Below are positions 61,201 to 64,000 of a DNA stretch of 64,000 bases, one piece after another. The notes under the pieces were generated by a model, which was given only the letters and a program-made list of their open reading frames with translations, was not told where the DNA came from and did not search any database. This stretch comes from Heterodontus francisci (taxonomy: Eukaryota). The DNA lies in NCBI RefSeq assembly GCF_036365525.1, contig NC_090387.1:92545691-92609690 (forward strand), in the 5' to 3' direction. The position numbers and the translations under genes were made by a program. The first letter of the stretch is position 1. Each line of letters starts with the position of its first letter.

Positions 61201-64000
61201 TCGGCCCCACGCCTCCTTTTACCACCCTTTTACAATTTAAATGCCTATAGAAAACTTTGAGATTTACTTTAATGCTAGCTGCCAGTCTCTTTTCATGCTC
61301 TCTCTTTGCTTCTCTTATTTGCTTTTTCACTTCCCCTCTGGACCTTCTATATTCAGCCTGGTTCTCAATTGTATTTTCTACCTGGCATCTATCAGAAGCA
61401 CAGTTTTTATTCTTTATCTTAATATCTACCCTCTTTTGTCATCCAGGGAGCTCTGGATTTGTTTGCTCTATTTTTCCCCTTCAAGAGAACATACCTCGAC
61501 TGTGCCCGAACTATCTCCACAACTGTAATCACATCCACTGGTTCTCCTTTATCTATGTTACAAATAACATCCTCAAAAAACGTCAACAGGTTTGTCAAAC
61601 ATGATTTCCCTTTCATAAATCCATGTTGACTCTGCCCAATCATATCATTATTTTCTAAGTGACTCGTTATCACATCCTTTATAATAGATTCTAACATTTT
61701 CCCGACTACTGACGTCAAACTAACAGGTCTGTAGTTCCCTGTTTTCTCTCCCTCCTTTCTTCCATAGTGGGTTTACATTTGTTACTTTTCAGTCTGCAAG
61801 AACCTTCCCAGAATCTATAGAATTTGAAAGATGACCACCAATGCATCCACTATCTCTATAGCCACCTCCTTCAACACTCTGGGATGTAGCTCATCTGGTC
61901 CAGGGGATTTATCAACCTTCAATCCAGTTAATTTTTGAGTATTACCTCTTTATTAATACTAATTTCTTTCAGTTCCTCATTTTCACAAGTCCCTTGGTTC
62001 CCTAGTATTTCTGGGAGATTTTCTGTATCTTCCTCCGTGAAGACAGACACAAAGTAATTGTTTAGTTTCTCCGCCATTTCCCTATTCTCCATTATAAATT
62101 TTCCTGTCTCCATCTGTAACGGACCCACATTTGTCCTTGCTAATCTTTTCTTTTTCCCGTACCTAACGAAGCTTTTACAGTCTGCTTTTATGTTTCTCAC
62201 TAGTATGCATTCATATTCTCTTTTCCCTTTCTTTATCAGTTTCTTGGTCCTCCTTTGCTGGATTCTAAATTGCTCCCAATCCTCAGGTTTACCAGTTTTT
62301 CTGGCAAGCTTATATGCCATTCCTTTGATCTAATGCAATCTTTAACTTCTTTTGTTAGCCAGGGTTGATTCATTTTTCCTCTGAGTTTATATGTCTTAGA
62401 GGAATGTATATTTGTTGTAGACCATGTAATACTTCTTTAAATACTAGTCATTGCCTGTCTACTGTCAAATCTTTTAGTGTATTTCCCAATCCACCATAAC
62501 CAACTTGCCCCTCATGCCCTCATAGCTTCCTTTGTTCGGATTTAAGACCCTAGTTTCAGAATGAACTATATCACTTTCAAACTTAATGTAAAATTCTGTT
62601 GTATTATGGTCACTATTTCCCAAAGGCTCCTTTACAGCAAGGTTATTAATTAGCCCTTTCTCATTACAGAATACTAAATCTAAAATAGCCCAATCCCTAG
62701 CTGGTTCTTCAACGTACTGCTCCAAAAACCCATCTCATACGCACTCTAGGAATTCATCCTCCACAGCATTAGTACTGATTAGGTTTATCCAGTCTATATG
62801 TAAATTGAAGTCGCCCATTATTATTGTATTACCCATGTTACATTCATCTCCAATTTCCTGATTTATACTGTGTCCAACATTACCACTACTGTTTGGTGGC
62901 CTATAAACAACTCCCACTAATGTTTGTTGCCCCTTGCTGTTTCTAAGCTCCACCCAAACTGATTCTACATCTTGATCCTTTGATCTAAGATCCTCTCACA
63001 CTAATGTACTGATCTCGTTGCTCATTAAAAGCACTACCCCACCTCCTTTTCCTTTTTGCCTCTCCTTCCTAAATGAGGAATATCCTTGAAAATTCAGTTC
63101 CCAGTCTTGGTCACCCTGTCACCACAACTGGAATTTCCCCTTGGGTGGAAATCCCTACCCACAGGATGAAAAGTCGGTGGTAAGCCCGCCTCCACCGCGC
63201 CTGGGGAGCCAGGCCGGGATTCTTCGCTCCCCAGGCCTTTAATCGGTCTTTGGCAGGATTTCCACCTCCTTGAGGCAGGAAGACCCGCCTAATGGAGCTG
63301 CCAGCCAATCAGTGGGCCGGCAGCTCTTAATCCCAGCAGTCCCCACTGCTGGGACTACATCCAGCGACCACAAGAAGATGAAGGAGTGCCCCGGAAAAAA
63401 GGTACGTTTTTAGGACCTTGCAAGGGACAATCAGTCAGGCCCTGGCGAGGCAAGGTGGGTGGTTAGGGATGTGTGGGTGTGTTGTGCATTGGGGGCAGTT
63501 GGGGCTTCAAGAGGCAGCCTTCCTTGGGGCACAGCTTCCCCCCAGCCTGCAAGATGGCCACCTGGTTTCACGAGGCAGGCTTTTTGAGGCCTCAGCTACC
63601 CACCAGCCAAGGGTAAAATACCCATGGCGGTGGGCAGAGGCCCTTAAGTGCCAGTTAATTGGCCGCTTAAGGGCCTTGACTGGCCTGGCACAGGCCTGGG
63701 TCGTTTCTCGCCACTTTCTACCCATGTAAAATTGCAGCGGGGCAGGGAAGGAGCCAGAAATGGCCCCCCATCCCCATTACCCTCCCCCTCCACCACCCCC
63801 CCCCAACCTCCCACTCAATTTTACGCCCCTCCCGCTCATTTGAGGTCATAAAATACTGGCCCACGTCTCTGTAATGGCAATTAAATCATCCCCATTTACC
63901 TCTATTTGTGTCTTCAAATCATCTACCTTGTTGCGAATGCTGCATGCATTCAGATAGAGTGAACTTAACATTGTCTTTTCAACATTAGTCCACATTCTGA
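58245..64000 (-). mobile_element. CR1 (58245-59430 plus 61527-64000) hosting a second CR1 (59431-61526) and a MITE
   Basis: Host aaatccaaatacac resumes as cacatccactgg near 61530; RT, linker and APE ORF fragments throughout. Confidence 0.88.
63126..63861. mobile_element. Probable Harbinger-type MITE
   Basis: GC-rich insert interrupting CR1 (ccctgtcaccac|..|cacgtctctgtaatgg); 3-bp TSD CAC; degenerate termini CTGGAATTT / AAAATACTGGCC; internal palindrome GGCCCTTAAG..CTTAAGGGCC. Confidence 0.55.

Overview
Vertebrate genomic DNA, almost certainly from a cartilaginous fish: it carries HE1-type V-SINEs, HER1/CR1 LINEs and SacSINE-like DeuSINEs. Most of the window is transposable-element debris, and most ORF-track entries are CR1 ORF2 fragments or their antisense shadows. 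One intact six-exon gene can be rebuilt by hand on the + strand (3490-24620, 336 aa). It encodes a leader, a germline-joined VJ-type Ig V domain, a C1-set Ig domain, an uncharged TM helix and a tail with an ITIM (LDYAAL) plus an ITSM (TEYAAI), i.e. a non-rearranging, antigen-receptor-like inhibitory receptor with a SIRP/PD-1-type tail. Other notable structure: (1) four 100-200 bp insertions with 13-15 bp TSDs, each carrying a minimal hammerhead-ribozyme motif (Penelope-like pLTR/retrozyme type); (2) a CR1 segment with strand-specific A-to-G hypermutation resembling fossil ADAR editing; (3) a four-layer TE nest (CR1 > solo LTR > L1/Tx1 > CR1); (4) a CR1 bracketed by a 120-bp inverted duplication that includes flanking DNA; (5) a hAT MITE with a double CRE; (6) two G-rich minisatellites; (7) possible degenerate PLAT-domain exons on the - strand. 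All calls are by eye, with no database searches; TE boundaries without a TSD are approximate.
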